In this document: positions 28,446 through 37,635 of the stretch, one piece after another
Numbering within the stretch: position 1 is the stretch's first letter
How the letters are laid out: each line of letters begins with the position of its first letter
IMG/VR virus record: IMGVR_UViG_3300025669_000020
Location: 32,001-96,000 of that record
Source of the DNA: a virus
Direction: 5' to 3' (one strand)
Length of the DNA: 64,000 bases
Program-made: the position numbers and the translations under genes
The notes under the pieces: generated by a model
Seen by the model: only the letters and a program-made list of their open reading frames with translations
Databases searched by the model: none
Told to the model about the DNA's origin: nothing

Positions 28446-30214
28446 CCAAGAACACACTTGAGAAACCTCCGTTCCCGGAGAAGGCCCCCACTTCACAGAA
28501 GCGATTGGCCTCTACCTCCATGTCAGAACCCCAGGAAGGTCGTGTAGTGGCCAAGGTGCGCCCGCGCCCCAAGGTCAAGACAGGAAAGCCCAAGCGGCTG
28601 GACAAGGTCGCTGCAATGCGGGTGGCCTCCTGTGGTGGCGGCGGTCTTTCAACCTCTGGCTCGGAAAGTGCCTCCTTCGGCAACTTCTACAGCCCAGAGC
28701 TGTCCACGGACTTCTTGGAGCTGGCACAGTCCAAGACTGAGCAGTGGGCCTACTACCGCTTCTTCTACAACGCCGATCCCTTTGTGGGACAAGCCATCGA
28801 TCTCCATACGGAGCTGCCCCTCTCCCGTGTACGCTTGGACATCCCCGAGGCCAAGAGCCGTGAATTGGCGATGAAGTCCACCCGGTTCTGTAAGCACTGG
28901 GCGAAGGACATTCAGCTCTTGCGGAAGCTGTGGGGTGTGCTCCATGAGTATCACCTCATTGGGGTCGTCAACATCTACATCGAGGACAACAACCCGGAGA
29001 TGCCGGAAGAGGTCCGAATCGAAAGGGTGCGGGAACTCCAGGAGGACGGCACCCTGGTAGAAGAGGAGCAGGAGCTGGAGGACGCTGACGAAAGGTCCGT
29101 GGCATGGCTCAAGAAGAACTACAAGGGTTGGACAGGGTTCCGTGTCATCCCCCCAGAGCAGGTGCATGTTGAGGGGTTCCCCTCCACAGATCTGAAGCTG
29201 GTGGAGATGATCCCCGATGCCAAGACCCGCAAGCTCGTCATGGCAGCAGACAGCGGGGACGCTCGTTCCGCATCCATCGTCAACACGATGGCTCCTGAGA
29301 TCGTAGAAGCCGCACGCACAGGTCAGAATGTTCCCCTGAACACCGACCCAGATGCAGGCAGCTTCGTCCATGTCCTCGAAAACAAGAAGTGCCCCTACCA
29401 GGATGGTGGGCAGTCCATCTTGGAGCGGTGTATCCGCACCCTGGTGTTCTGGGACAAGCTCCGCCAGGCCAACACCTCCATCGCTTCCCGGCACATGACC
29501 CCTATTCGGGTTGTGTACGCAGAGGACATGGACATGGCCGACGTGGAGAACCTGCGTGACCAGGTGGACATGGCCCTGCAGGATCCCGATTTCTCCATCA
29601 TCGCCAACTTCCAGATCACCTGGGACGAGATGGGGTCGGATCAGCGTCTGCTAGACCTGTCCAGTGAATACGAGTTCGTGCGGCAACAGCTGTTCGCGGG
29701 TTTGGGAGTCACGGAAGGTCTGCTCACAGGTGAGTCCAGCTACTCCGGTGACCGCATCCATCTGGATGTGATCAACACTCGGTACATGCTGCTCCGTGAG
29801 GTCATTCAGGAGTTCGTGGAAGAGCAGCTCCTGAAGCCGATGTGCAGGCGCATGGGCTTTATCGAGGAGGATGAGGACGGCCGTGATGTCGTCATCTACC
29901 CGAAGTTCAGCTTCACACGGTTGGCTCTGCGGGACAACGCGGACACTTTCGATGCCATGCTCAACCTCTACCAGAAGGGGAGCCTGGACATTGATGCCAT
30001 CCTGGAACTGCTGAATATCGATCCGGTGGCCACGAAGGAGAAGCTGGACAGGGACAAGTTCACCCTGAACGATGCTGCCTTCAGCGAGGTGCTTCGAGGC
30101 ATCTACGGTGAGGCAGGACGTGCATTGGCGGCAGATTCCGACGTGTTGGAGATCATTGCCAAGAACCTGGGGCTGAAATATGAGAAGCCCAAGGAAGAAG
30201 GCGGAAGGTACTAG
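28442..30214 (+). CDS. portal protein
   Basis: RFFYNADPFVGQAIDLHTELP, GQSILERC..L, LFAGLGV..LLTG, FVEEQLLKP; follows terL. Confidence 0.85.
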   Translation: MTKNTLEKPPFPEKAPTSQKRLASTSMSEPQEGRVVAKVRPRPKVKTGKPKRLDKVAAMRVASCGGGGLSTSGSESASFGNFYSPELSTDFLELAQSKTEQWAYYRFFYNADPFVGQAIDLHTELPLSRVRLDIPEAKSRELAMKSTRFCKHWAKDIQLLRKLWGVLHEYHLIGVVNIYIEDNNPEMPEEVRIERVRELQEDGTLVEEEQELEDADERSVAWLKKNYKGWTGFRVIPPEQVHVEGFPSTDLKLVEMIPDAKTRKLVMAADSGDARSASIVNTMAPEIVEAARTGQNVPLNTDPDAGSFVHVLENKKCPYQDGGQSILERCIRTLVFWDKLRQANTSIASRHMTPIRVVYAEDMDMADVENLRDQVDMALQDPDFSIIANFQITWDEMGSDQRLLDLSSEYEFVRQQLFAGLGVTEGLLTGESSYSGDRIHLDVINTRYMLLREVIQEFVEEQLLKPMCRRMGFIEEDEDGRDVVIYPKFSFTRLALRDNADTFDAMLNLYQKGSLDIDAILELLNIDPVATKEKLDRDKFTLNDAAFSEVLRGIYGEAGRALAADSDVLEIIAKNLGLKYEKPKEEGGRY

Positions 30215-30223
30215 GAGTAGACC

Positions 30224-30409
30224 ATGACCGACAACCGTGAGACATTTGATGCCCTGTACGACCTGTACCAGAAAGGAGCACTGGACAGCGATCAAGTCCT
30301 GCAGGCGCTCGACATCGACCCCGAAGCCGTCAGGGGAAAGATGGTTCGGGGTGGGGATATTGATGCTCTGGCAGCGATAGACAAGTACATCGCGTCGTTG
30401 GAGAGCTAA
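30224..30409 (+). CDS. stand-alone copy of the portal C-terminal segment
   Basis: DNRETFDALYDLYQKGALD..L.IDP matches portal DNADTFDAMLNLYQKGSLD..L.IDP; own AGGAG RBS. Confidence 0.8.
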   Translation: MTDNRETFDALYDLYQKGALDSDQVLQALDIDPEAVRGKMVRGGDIDALAAIDKYIASLES

Positions 30410-30774
30410 GCCGCTCCCCCGTAGCTGCCGCTCATCAACCGTGCATGGTACTCCTGTGTGTACAGGTGGTAGGCTGCTTCATAGCCTGCGTTTTTGATCA
30501 TCCGGAGCCCTTCCTCATCGGCTTCCCGTTCGTTGTTGGTACGGGCAATGATGTGGCCTGTCTCGTGGGCCAAGATCACCAACAGGTGTTCCTCTGTGAA
30601 CCAGTCCTCTGACAGAATACGGCCGTCCACAACGATGATCGGGGTTTTGATATCCTCACCAAACAAGGCGCAGGCATAGGTGTGGTCAAAGCGGCTGGGC
30701 TCATCCCCTGGATCAATGACCAGGACAGGGATGCTCTTATCGAAGGGGCTCCACGGGGGGCATGTAATTGACAC
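30406..30774 (-). CDS. small zincin metallopeptidase
   Basis: ILAHETGH..EREAD; AAGGAGG RBS before GTG; opposite strand to neighbours. Confidence 0.75.
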   Translation of the reverse strand: MSITCPPWSPFDKSIPVLVIDPGDEPSRFDHTYACALFGEDIKTPIIVVDGRILSEDWFTEEHLLVILAHETGHIIARTNNEREADEEGLRMIKNAGYEAAYHLYTQEYHARLMSGSYGGAA

Positions 30775-30871
30775 AGGGCCTCCTTTTTTACTAAGCGTGC
30801 CTCTACCTAATTGACTCAGGTATCAACCCATTCCCTGAGTTTCCGCCCAAAGAGCAGGGGCCACCGTGGGT

Positions 30872-30902
30872 CGGTATTTCCTCTATGGCTATGGGGGGTC
30901 AG
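30872..30902 (+). promoter_or_regulatory. class B promoter-like motif CGGTA-N6-CTAT
   Basis: Recurrent motif. Confidence 0.6.
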
Positions 30903-30913
30903 AGGTTTAGAAG

Positions 30914-33900
30914 ATGCCAAAGCCACTGCCAGCACAGACGGGTTCTCTAAAAACCGCTGCCGATGTAGGGACAGACACGGCGGAGATTTATGCAATCTCC
31001 CCGGAAATGCTCTACAGGGTTCTCCAACGCAAGACGTGGGAAGAGACTGCCCGTGGGGTGTGGGGTGACAGCGATCACGGGAACATGCCCGGCCAGTGGG
31101 AGAAGATGCAGAGGATCATCCGGGAACATGGCGGGGCAGTGTTCCAGACAGGCAGGGATGGCTATTTCGATGTGAAGGTGCATGGGGGGGTTTCCGAGGG
31201 AGGGGCTATGGCTCCCTATGGGACTCTCAGTACGGAACGTGTGGCCTCGATGCACAGGGAGGCACTACGGGCCCAGGAGATGCTCAAGTGGGTGGTGCAG
31301 CCCCTCTCCTTCCTCTCCAAGCACCACAAGGACTTCATCAACGGTCCTGTAGACGACGTGATGGATCAGGCGTTCCGCGAGATCGCCCCCCATGTGGTCA
31401 AGGCTGTGGGGGAGGCAGAGATCGATGCCGACGTGGATGAATTCCACGATGGGGCCATTCGGGGGAAGTGGGACTATGATCGTGAGCTTCTGTCAGACCC
31501 CCCTCGCAGAGAGACCGAGGACTTCATCGAGGGGTACACTTGGGGGTTCCAGCACCCTGACATGGTGGGCACCAGGGAGCTGCCTGCTCGGGTCAAGAAG
31601 CAGGTGGTCGAGGATGCCATCCAAGAATTCCGCCACAAGGTGACGGAGAAGGTTGTCCTGAAGGCACTCCGCTCTGTCTGGGGCAGAGTCAATCCCCTGG
31701 AGACATTCAGGACCATCATCCGCATGACCAAGAAGCACGGGTGGAAGCTCGGCCTGTTCATCGCCAGTGTGGAGATCCTGGAAACCTTCGTGATGCCCGC
31801 CGTGCTCATTCACATCACGGGTAATGCAGCTCTGGCGGTTACGGGTCAACTCCCCTTGAGCGAGATCCTGTACGCCATCATTTTCCCCATCATGTTCCGA
31901 GGGAAGGCCGTGGACACGTTCACACCTGACGGCCACCTGGACTGGTATGAAGCCTTGTATGGAATGGTGCGGGTGGCAGAGCGGACACCGCAGTCAAACA
32001 AACTTCAGGCGACGATGGCGGTTTTTGAGGATGTTGTGGGGAACGCTGCCCGGGCTACAGGTCACCTTGGGTGGACGCGAAAAGTCCTGTCGCCAGAGCA
32101 GCAGCAGAAAATGGTGGTGGACTTGAATGGCAGTGCTAGGAACCTGCTTCCTTTGCTCACTTTCAAGTTTGAGAATCCTGCTCAAGAGGCTGGGTACAAG
32201 AAGTATCTGAACAGGATGCGGAACTACCGCAAGATGGTGAAGTCCTTCACGGTTGTGAAGGACTGGGATGACGTTGTAGCTGTGTGCGACAAAATATCTA
32301 CCAAGTCCAAGGGGGTCTGGGAGAAGGTGCGGGAGTATGGCAGGGAAGTTCAGGGCGTGCTTGACACCGTGGACACGGAGGTCCAGGGCTCCTTTGCTGT
32401 GGGGAAATTCCGGGTGATCCTGATGTCCTCCGCAAATGGTGTGTGGGATAACGAGATGCTGGAGCGCACCCGGCACGTGTTGCACAAGACCTCCCAGCTT
32501 ATGGGCAAACACGGCATGGGGAAGCTCGCAGCAGGCAATGTCTGGGCGTACTCGTCACCCTCCATTCCAGGCAGGAGCAGTGTCGTTGCGTGGTATCGGA
32601 TGGCAGACGATGCCTTGTGCCTTGCTTGTGGGTCCGGATGGTGGATGAGGCGCAGTATGGATGACATCCTCAAGACCCTGGTGCATGAGCTGGGGCATCG
32701 GGCCTATTTCAAGATCCTGGGTGGCAGCGGCCGTAAGGCGTGGGCTGACTTTTTCGAGCTGTCCCAGGAAGTCCCTGATGTGCAGGGTATGATCTCCCGC
32801 TGGGAGCGTTATGTGGAGGGCGCAGGCTCTGACCTGGAGGAATTCCGGCGTGGGCATCTGCAGCGGTATCTTCCCATTGTGAAGAAACGAGATGCCAAAG
32901 AGAAATACGACTCCTACCGCGGGTACCCCACCAAGACATCGATTTCGGGTCTGCAAGCCCTGAAGGACAAGGCCAACAGCATCAAGGTGTTCATGCACCC
33001 CGTGACGGTCTACTCTGCCTCCAACGAGGCAGAGCTGTTTGCTGAGGTGTTCTCCCATTACATCGTATATGGGCCACAGGCCATTGCACCCGTGGTGCAA
33101 GATCAATTCAAGAGGGCACTCCCCATGGCACGACTAGGCAAAGAAAAAATCCCCGGTGGCCTCTCGGAAGGCAAGGACACCAGCGACCTCGATCCCAAAG
33201 AGATGGCGATGGGGGTCAAGGTTGAAATGGAGCATACTGGAGATCCCGCCCTGGCAAAAGAGATCGCTTCTGATCACCTTGTGGAAATCTCCGACTACTA
33301 CACTCGTCTGAAGAAGATGGAGGCTGAAGCCGAGAAGCCTGGCAAGAAGGCCGCTGCCCAGAATGGCAAGAGCACCGGCAACCGCAAGTCCGTGGGCTTC
33401 TTCATCCCTCTCCCCAAGGAGCTGGCGGCGCAGTATCCGAGCAGGGCTCCTGTGGACAAATCCGCACCCCATGTGACCTTGCTCTATGTGGGTGAAGTGA
33501 CTGCAGCACGGGAGAAGGAATTCCTGGCTGTGGTGACCAAGGTGATGGCTTCGGAGCCTGGCCCCATCAAGGCTGCCATCGGAGGGGTGGACTACTTCCG
33601 GCAGCCTGACAAGGACCAGTCGGTAGCCATCCAGACGATCAAGTTCTCTCGGGACGTGGGCGAGATGAAGAAGCGTCTGAGGGGTGCCTTGGAGGATGCG
33701 GACTTCGTGGTGGAGGACTCGTTCCCCGGTGCCTACAGGAGCCACACGACCCTGGCCTACCTGGACGGTACGGACTCCGTGTATGAGGGGCCTGTGCCTG
33801 TGGGTTCCTGGGAGTTCGACAGTGTCCCTGTGTGGGGGTTGCCCTCCAACCATGACATTCCCCTGGGGGAGTGGACGCAAGAGGCCCCTGTCAACCGCAC

Positions 33901-33949
33901 GGCTGCTCTGGTTGAGGCCTGGGGTTCAATTCTGTGCCGTGAGGTGTAG
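30914..33949 (+). CDS. polyvalent protein: hydrophobic domain + zincin peptidase + DUF5661-like domain + 2H phosphoesterase
   Basis: HELGH (aa 591) with ELFAE; MGVKVEMEH..DHL.E..YYTRL; two HxT motifs PHVTL (aa 853) and SHTTL (aa 944). Confidence 0.75.
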   Translation: MPKPLPAQTGSLKTAADVGTDTAEIYAISPEMLYRVLQRKTWEETARGVWGDSDHGNMPGQWEKMQRIIREHGGAVFQTGRDGYFDVKVHGGVSEGGAMAPYGTLSTERVASMHREALRAQEMLKWVVQPLSFLSKHHKDFINGPVDDVMDQAFREIAPHVVKAVGEAEIDADVDEFHDGAIRGKWDYDRELLSDPPRRETEDFIEGYTWGFQHPDMVGTRELPARVKKQVVEDAIQEFRHKVTEKVVLKALRSVWGRVNPLETFRTIIRMTKKHGWKLGLFIASVEILETFVMPAVLIHITGNAALAVTGQLPLSEILYAIIFPIMFRGKAVDTFTPDGHLDWYEALYGMVRVAERTPQSNKLQATMAVFEDVVGNAARATGHLGWTRKVLSPEQQQKMVVDLNGSARNLLPLLTFKFENPAQEAGYKKYLNRMRNYRKMVKSFTVVKDWDDVVAVCDKISTKSKGVWEKVREYGREVQGVLDTVDTEVQGSFAVGKFRVILMSSANGVWDNEMLERTRHVLHKTSQLMGKHGMGKLAAGNVWAYSSPSIPGRSSVVAWYRMADDALCLACGSGWWMRRSMDDILKTLVHELGHRAYFKILGGSGRKAWADFFELSQEVPDVQGMISRWERYVEGAGSDLEEFRRGHLQRYLPIVKKRDAKEKYDSYRGYPTKTSISGLQALKDKANSIKVFMHPVTVYSASNEAELFAEVFSHYIVYGPQAIAPVVQDQFKRALPMARLGKEKIPGGLSEGKDTSDLDPKEMAMGVKVEMEHTGDPALAKEIASDHLVEISDYYTRLKKMEAEAEKPGKKAAAQNGKSTGNRKSVGFFIPLPKELAAQYPSRAPVDKSAPHVTLLYVGEVTAAREKEFLAVVTKVMASEPGPIKAAIGGVDYFRQPDKDQSVAIQTIKFSRDVGEMKKRLRGALEDADFVVEDSFPGAYRSHTTLAYLDGTDSVYEGPVPVGSWEFDSVPVWGLPSNHDIPLGEWTQEAPVNRTAALVEAWGSILCREV

Positions 33950-33952
33950 TAG

Positions 33953-36596
33953 ATGCATCCCAACCACTACAGAGTCGCCCAGATGCACCTGGAAGCTACC
34001 AGCCACAAGAAGTCCATCGTCCTCATGACGTTCCTGGCAGACCTTGCCCGGAGCCTCGGGGTCGGTCGGCATGTCTACGTCGTGGGTGGGGCAGTGCGGA
34101 ATTTCGTGATCGATGAGCCCATCAAGGACATCGATGTGGTCATCGACTCCCTGGCTCTCGGGGGAGGCAGGGACTCCGAGTGGTTCGCCAAGAAGGTCGT
34201 CAAGGCCATCCCCGTTCCCGTCAACATGGAGACCAACCAGTACGGTGTGGCCCTCCTCCATGTGAAGGGGGACTGGATTCTGGATGGGGACAACCTCAAG
34301 GGTGAGGACATCGAGATCGCCAACGCCCGCAAAGAGTCCTACGGCGGGGCCGAAGGGAAGGGCTACCGAGCCCCACATGGTAGAGCCCGCGACCATCGAG
34401 GAAGATGTGGTTCGAAGGGAATTCACCTTCAATTGTGTTGCGGGGGACACCCTTATCCCCACTGCGCAGGGCATTCTCCGAATCGATCAAATTGCTTCCC
34501 GTGAGGTTGGGGATCAACAGGACATTCAAATCATGGTGGCAGGGCAGGAGGGTCCTGCTGAAGCTGTGGGGTGGCAGTACAGTGGGTTTGCTCCTACCTT
34601 GAGGGTAACAACGGGGTGGGGTCACACCCTCTCCTGTACGCATCACCATCCATTTCTGGTCCTTCGGGGGCATGGCCATGAGTGGATACAGGCGGATCAG
34701 CTTGATGAGGGGGATCTGCTTTGTGTGCCTGTGCAGCAAATGATCCGTAGTACCTCATTGATCCTGGGGTTACCTGATCCTCCGAAACCCCGGACAGGTA
34801 AACTCAAGGAGGGGGTGGTAAAACCTGATGTGATGACACCTGAGCTGGCATTCGTGATCGGGTGTGTGGTGGCCGAAGGATCAAACACCCCTACTCGGGT
34901 CTCTTTCAGCAATTCAGACCCCGCTTTCATTTCCCGGTATATCGAGTGCTTCAACGCTGTGTTCGGGTTCGTGCCCTCACGGAACAAGGTGGTTGAGAAG
35001 GGTTCTGTCCGTACCCTGCGAGGTGTGGATTTTGTCGCCACTGCTGATGGTTACGACATCCTCGCTAACAGCAAGGCTGTGGTAGGATGGCTGCAAGACC
35101 TCGGCCTTTATTGCGGGGGATCCAAGGGGGGGAAATCTGCATCCCACCACAAGGTTGTGCCGTGGTCTATCCTCCAAGCCGACGAACAGAGCCAACGAGC
35201 GTTCCTTGCAGCTTATCTGGAGGGGGATGGGTGTCTCCACCACACGGGTCGCATCACATACTGTTCGGCATCTCATCAGGTGCGACAGCAGTTGCAGGTG
35301 CTTCTGGGCTCCCACGGCATCTTGTCCAAGGTTAAGGACAGGTTCGTGTACATCAATGCTGTGGATTCCTCGCGGCTATGGGAGAAGATTCATCCGTGGA
35401 TGGTCACCAAGAAATTCGACTACACAGGCCGCGTGTTCAAGAGCCGCAACCGTTATGGCATTCCAGTGGACTACATTGCAGGGTTCCTCTCGGGCCGTAG
35501 ACAGGCATCAGCGGGTAAGGCAGGGGTCGCCTACACAACAGATTCCGGGGATGCACAACCCCTTCGTGGGATGCACGACCCTGTCCGGTTAGTTCGCCGT
35601 CTTCTCCATGACGCATATGCTCGCGGGGATTTCAACGATTTCCTGGATGGTCTTAGGGTCATTAGTCCCAAGGAACACCTCAATCTCCAACGGTTGTTTG
35701 ATCTCAGCTACCAATATGTAGAGGTCACCTCTGTAGAAGATGCGGGCAAACAGGATGTATTCGACATCTCGATGGAAGAGGGGATGGAACCTGCATTTGT
35801 GGCGAATGGGGTGGTAGTACACAACACCCTCATGTGGCGGCTGCACGACCTGGCCCGAGGGCCGGACAAGGCAGAGATCATTGACCTCACCGGGTGCGGT
35901 CTGCGGGATTTGAAGAACCGCGAGCTGCGGTGCCCCTCGGACCCCGACAAGACCTTCTCGGATGACCCGACACGGCTGCTCCGTGTGGTCAAGTTCACCA
36001 CGAAGTACGGGATCAAGATTCCTGCTGACGTGAAGGCTTCCATCAAGCGGAATGCCCCCAAGCTGCGGAAGGCACCTCACAGTGCCCTGTCCAACCTGCT
36101 GATCAACACCGTGCTGGTGGAGCCATACGCCAAAAAGGCTCTCCATCAGATGAAGGACTTGGGTCTGCTGGACGTGCTGGCAGACATGGTGCGAGAGGTG
36201 AAGCCTTTCAGGGAGGCACTGCAGAGCTGGGTGTCCAACCAGCGGGTGCTCCTGATGTTCGACATCATGGACGTGGGGCTTCCCATGAACACCCCCATCG
36301 GGTGGCTGGACAAGGACCAGCAGAAGCGTCTGCGGGAGATCGCCCTTGGGATGGAGCCTGGTGAGGCCACGAAGTTCCTGGCTGTTTTGAAGCAGACTGG
36401 AAAGCTCTGGGGGGACAAGACCTTCTTCCACACCCTGGCTCAAGAGATGGGTGTAGAGCGGACTGGGATGGCAGTGTTCGGCAAGGCTCTTCAGGAAGTC
36501 GCCCGTGACATCATTCTGTTTGACCCGACTCTGGCGTGGAAGCCCAAGGATATGCGGCAGTGGGCCCGTGAGCGGATGCGGGAAAAGCGGTTCTAG
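33953..36596 (+). CDS. class II tRNA nucleotidyltransferase (CCA-adding/poly(A) polymerase family), split by a +1 frameshift at ~34367 and containing an intein
   Basis: VVGGAVRN..DID and ARKESY in ORF 33953; IEEDVVRREFTFN, IIDLTG.G, DDPTRLLR in ORF 34284. Confidence 0.85.
34434..35825 (+). mobile_element. intein (464 aa) with LAGLIDADG homing endonuclease
   Basis: Starts CVAGDTLI, block B CTHHHPF, LAGLIDADG blocks IGCVVAEGS and LAAYLEGDG, ends VFDI..FVANGVVVHN followed by extein Thr. Confidence 0.93.
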
Positions 36597-36689
36597 GTCC
36601 CCCGCCGAACAAATTGTGTTTTCGTGGGTGGGCTTCTGGCTGTCCGAGCGTAGTAGGTTTGTGCGTCTACCTACCACGGAGTGACCTTC

Positions 36690-37595
36690 ATGCAGCCTTC
36701 CCCCCACAGCGTAGCCCAGCAGCATCGCAAGCTCCTGTCCAAGCTGGACGTGTCTGCCGACACCCTGGAAGCACAGCTCCAGGATCTGATCGACGGCGTC
36801 GAAGACCTGGATGAGGCTTCCAAGTCCCTGGGGTTCGATCTCCGTGAACTCCCCAAGCTGCTGAAGGAGCACAAGCACTCCGACGACGCGTACCACCGTG
36901 GTGAGACCATCATGGAGCACATGCGGTGGGTGCTGGAGGATGTGGAGGCAGTCACCGTTGGGATGGATGAGCCCCGGCGTCGGATTCTGCGTGTGGTGGC
37001 TCTCCTGCACGACGTGGGCAAGGCATGCACCTACGCCTGGGACGGCGAGAGGTGCAAGGCGACCTTCCACAACCACGACAAGAAGTCTGTGGAGATCGCC
37101 AAGGTGCTCCTGGCTCGGTTCGATGAAGATGTGGAGGACTACAAGCAGCATATCCTCGACATCGTGGCCAACCACGACAAGTTCTTCCAGCTGGGTGATG
37201 TGCGCCCCCTCAACGGCGGCACCAAGTACCTGCGGAAGTTCACGGAGAAGGCAGTCAGCGTGGGTGAGCAGCTGGAGAACCTTGCGATGTTCGCCCGTGC
37301 GGACAGCTCCCGTGCCCGCACCATCCAGCAGACCCTGGACGAGATCCGTCTCGTCATGGCTGATGTGGTGGAGTACCGGGCCAAGGCCGAGCAGCAGAAG
37401 CTGGAGAAAGAAGAGGCAGCCATCAAGCTCCAGGAGAACATCGTCAAGTACCACGATGAGATCGCCGCTCTGGTGGATGCTGTCGTGCCTGGGCTGTCCA
37501 GCGAGCTTCCCGACATCAAGGCAGTGAACAAGGGGCTCGGTACTGCTCGGGAGTACAGGGTGCTCAAGCAGCTGCAGGCTATCCTCACTCGCTAG
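36690..37595 (+). CDS. HD-domain phosphohydrolase (similar to HD domains of CCA/RNA-repair enzymes)
   Basis: HRGET..H, LLHDVGK, FHNH, NHD, ARAD. Confidence 0.8.
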   Translation: MQPSPHSVAQQHRKLLSKLDVSADTLEAQLQDLIDGVEDLDEASKSLGFDLRELPKLLKEHKHSDDAYHRGETIMEHMRWVLEDVEAVTVGMDEPRRRILRVVALLHDVGKACTYAWDGERCKATFHNHDKKSVEIAKVLLARFDEDVEDYKQHILDIVANHDKFFQLGDVRPLNGGTKYLRKFTEKAVSVGEQLENLAMFARADSSRARTIQQTLDEIRLVMADVVEYRAKAEQQKLEKEEAAIKLQENIVKYHDEIAALVDAVVPGLSSELPDIKAVNKGLGTAREYRVLKQLQAILTR

Positions 37596-37620
37596 CCTGT
37601 CTATACCTCCGGGTGTGTGA
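37590..37620 (+). promoter_or_regulatory. class B promoter-like motif CGCTA-N6-CTAT-N11-TGTGA
   Basis: Recurrent motif. Confidence 0.5.
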
Positions 37621-37635
37621 CACCTGGAGTAGTTG

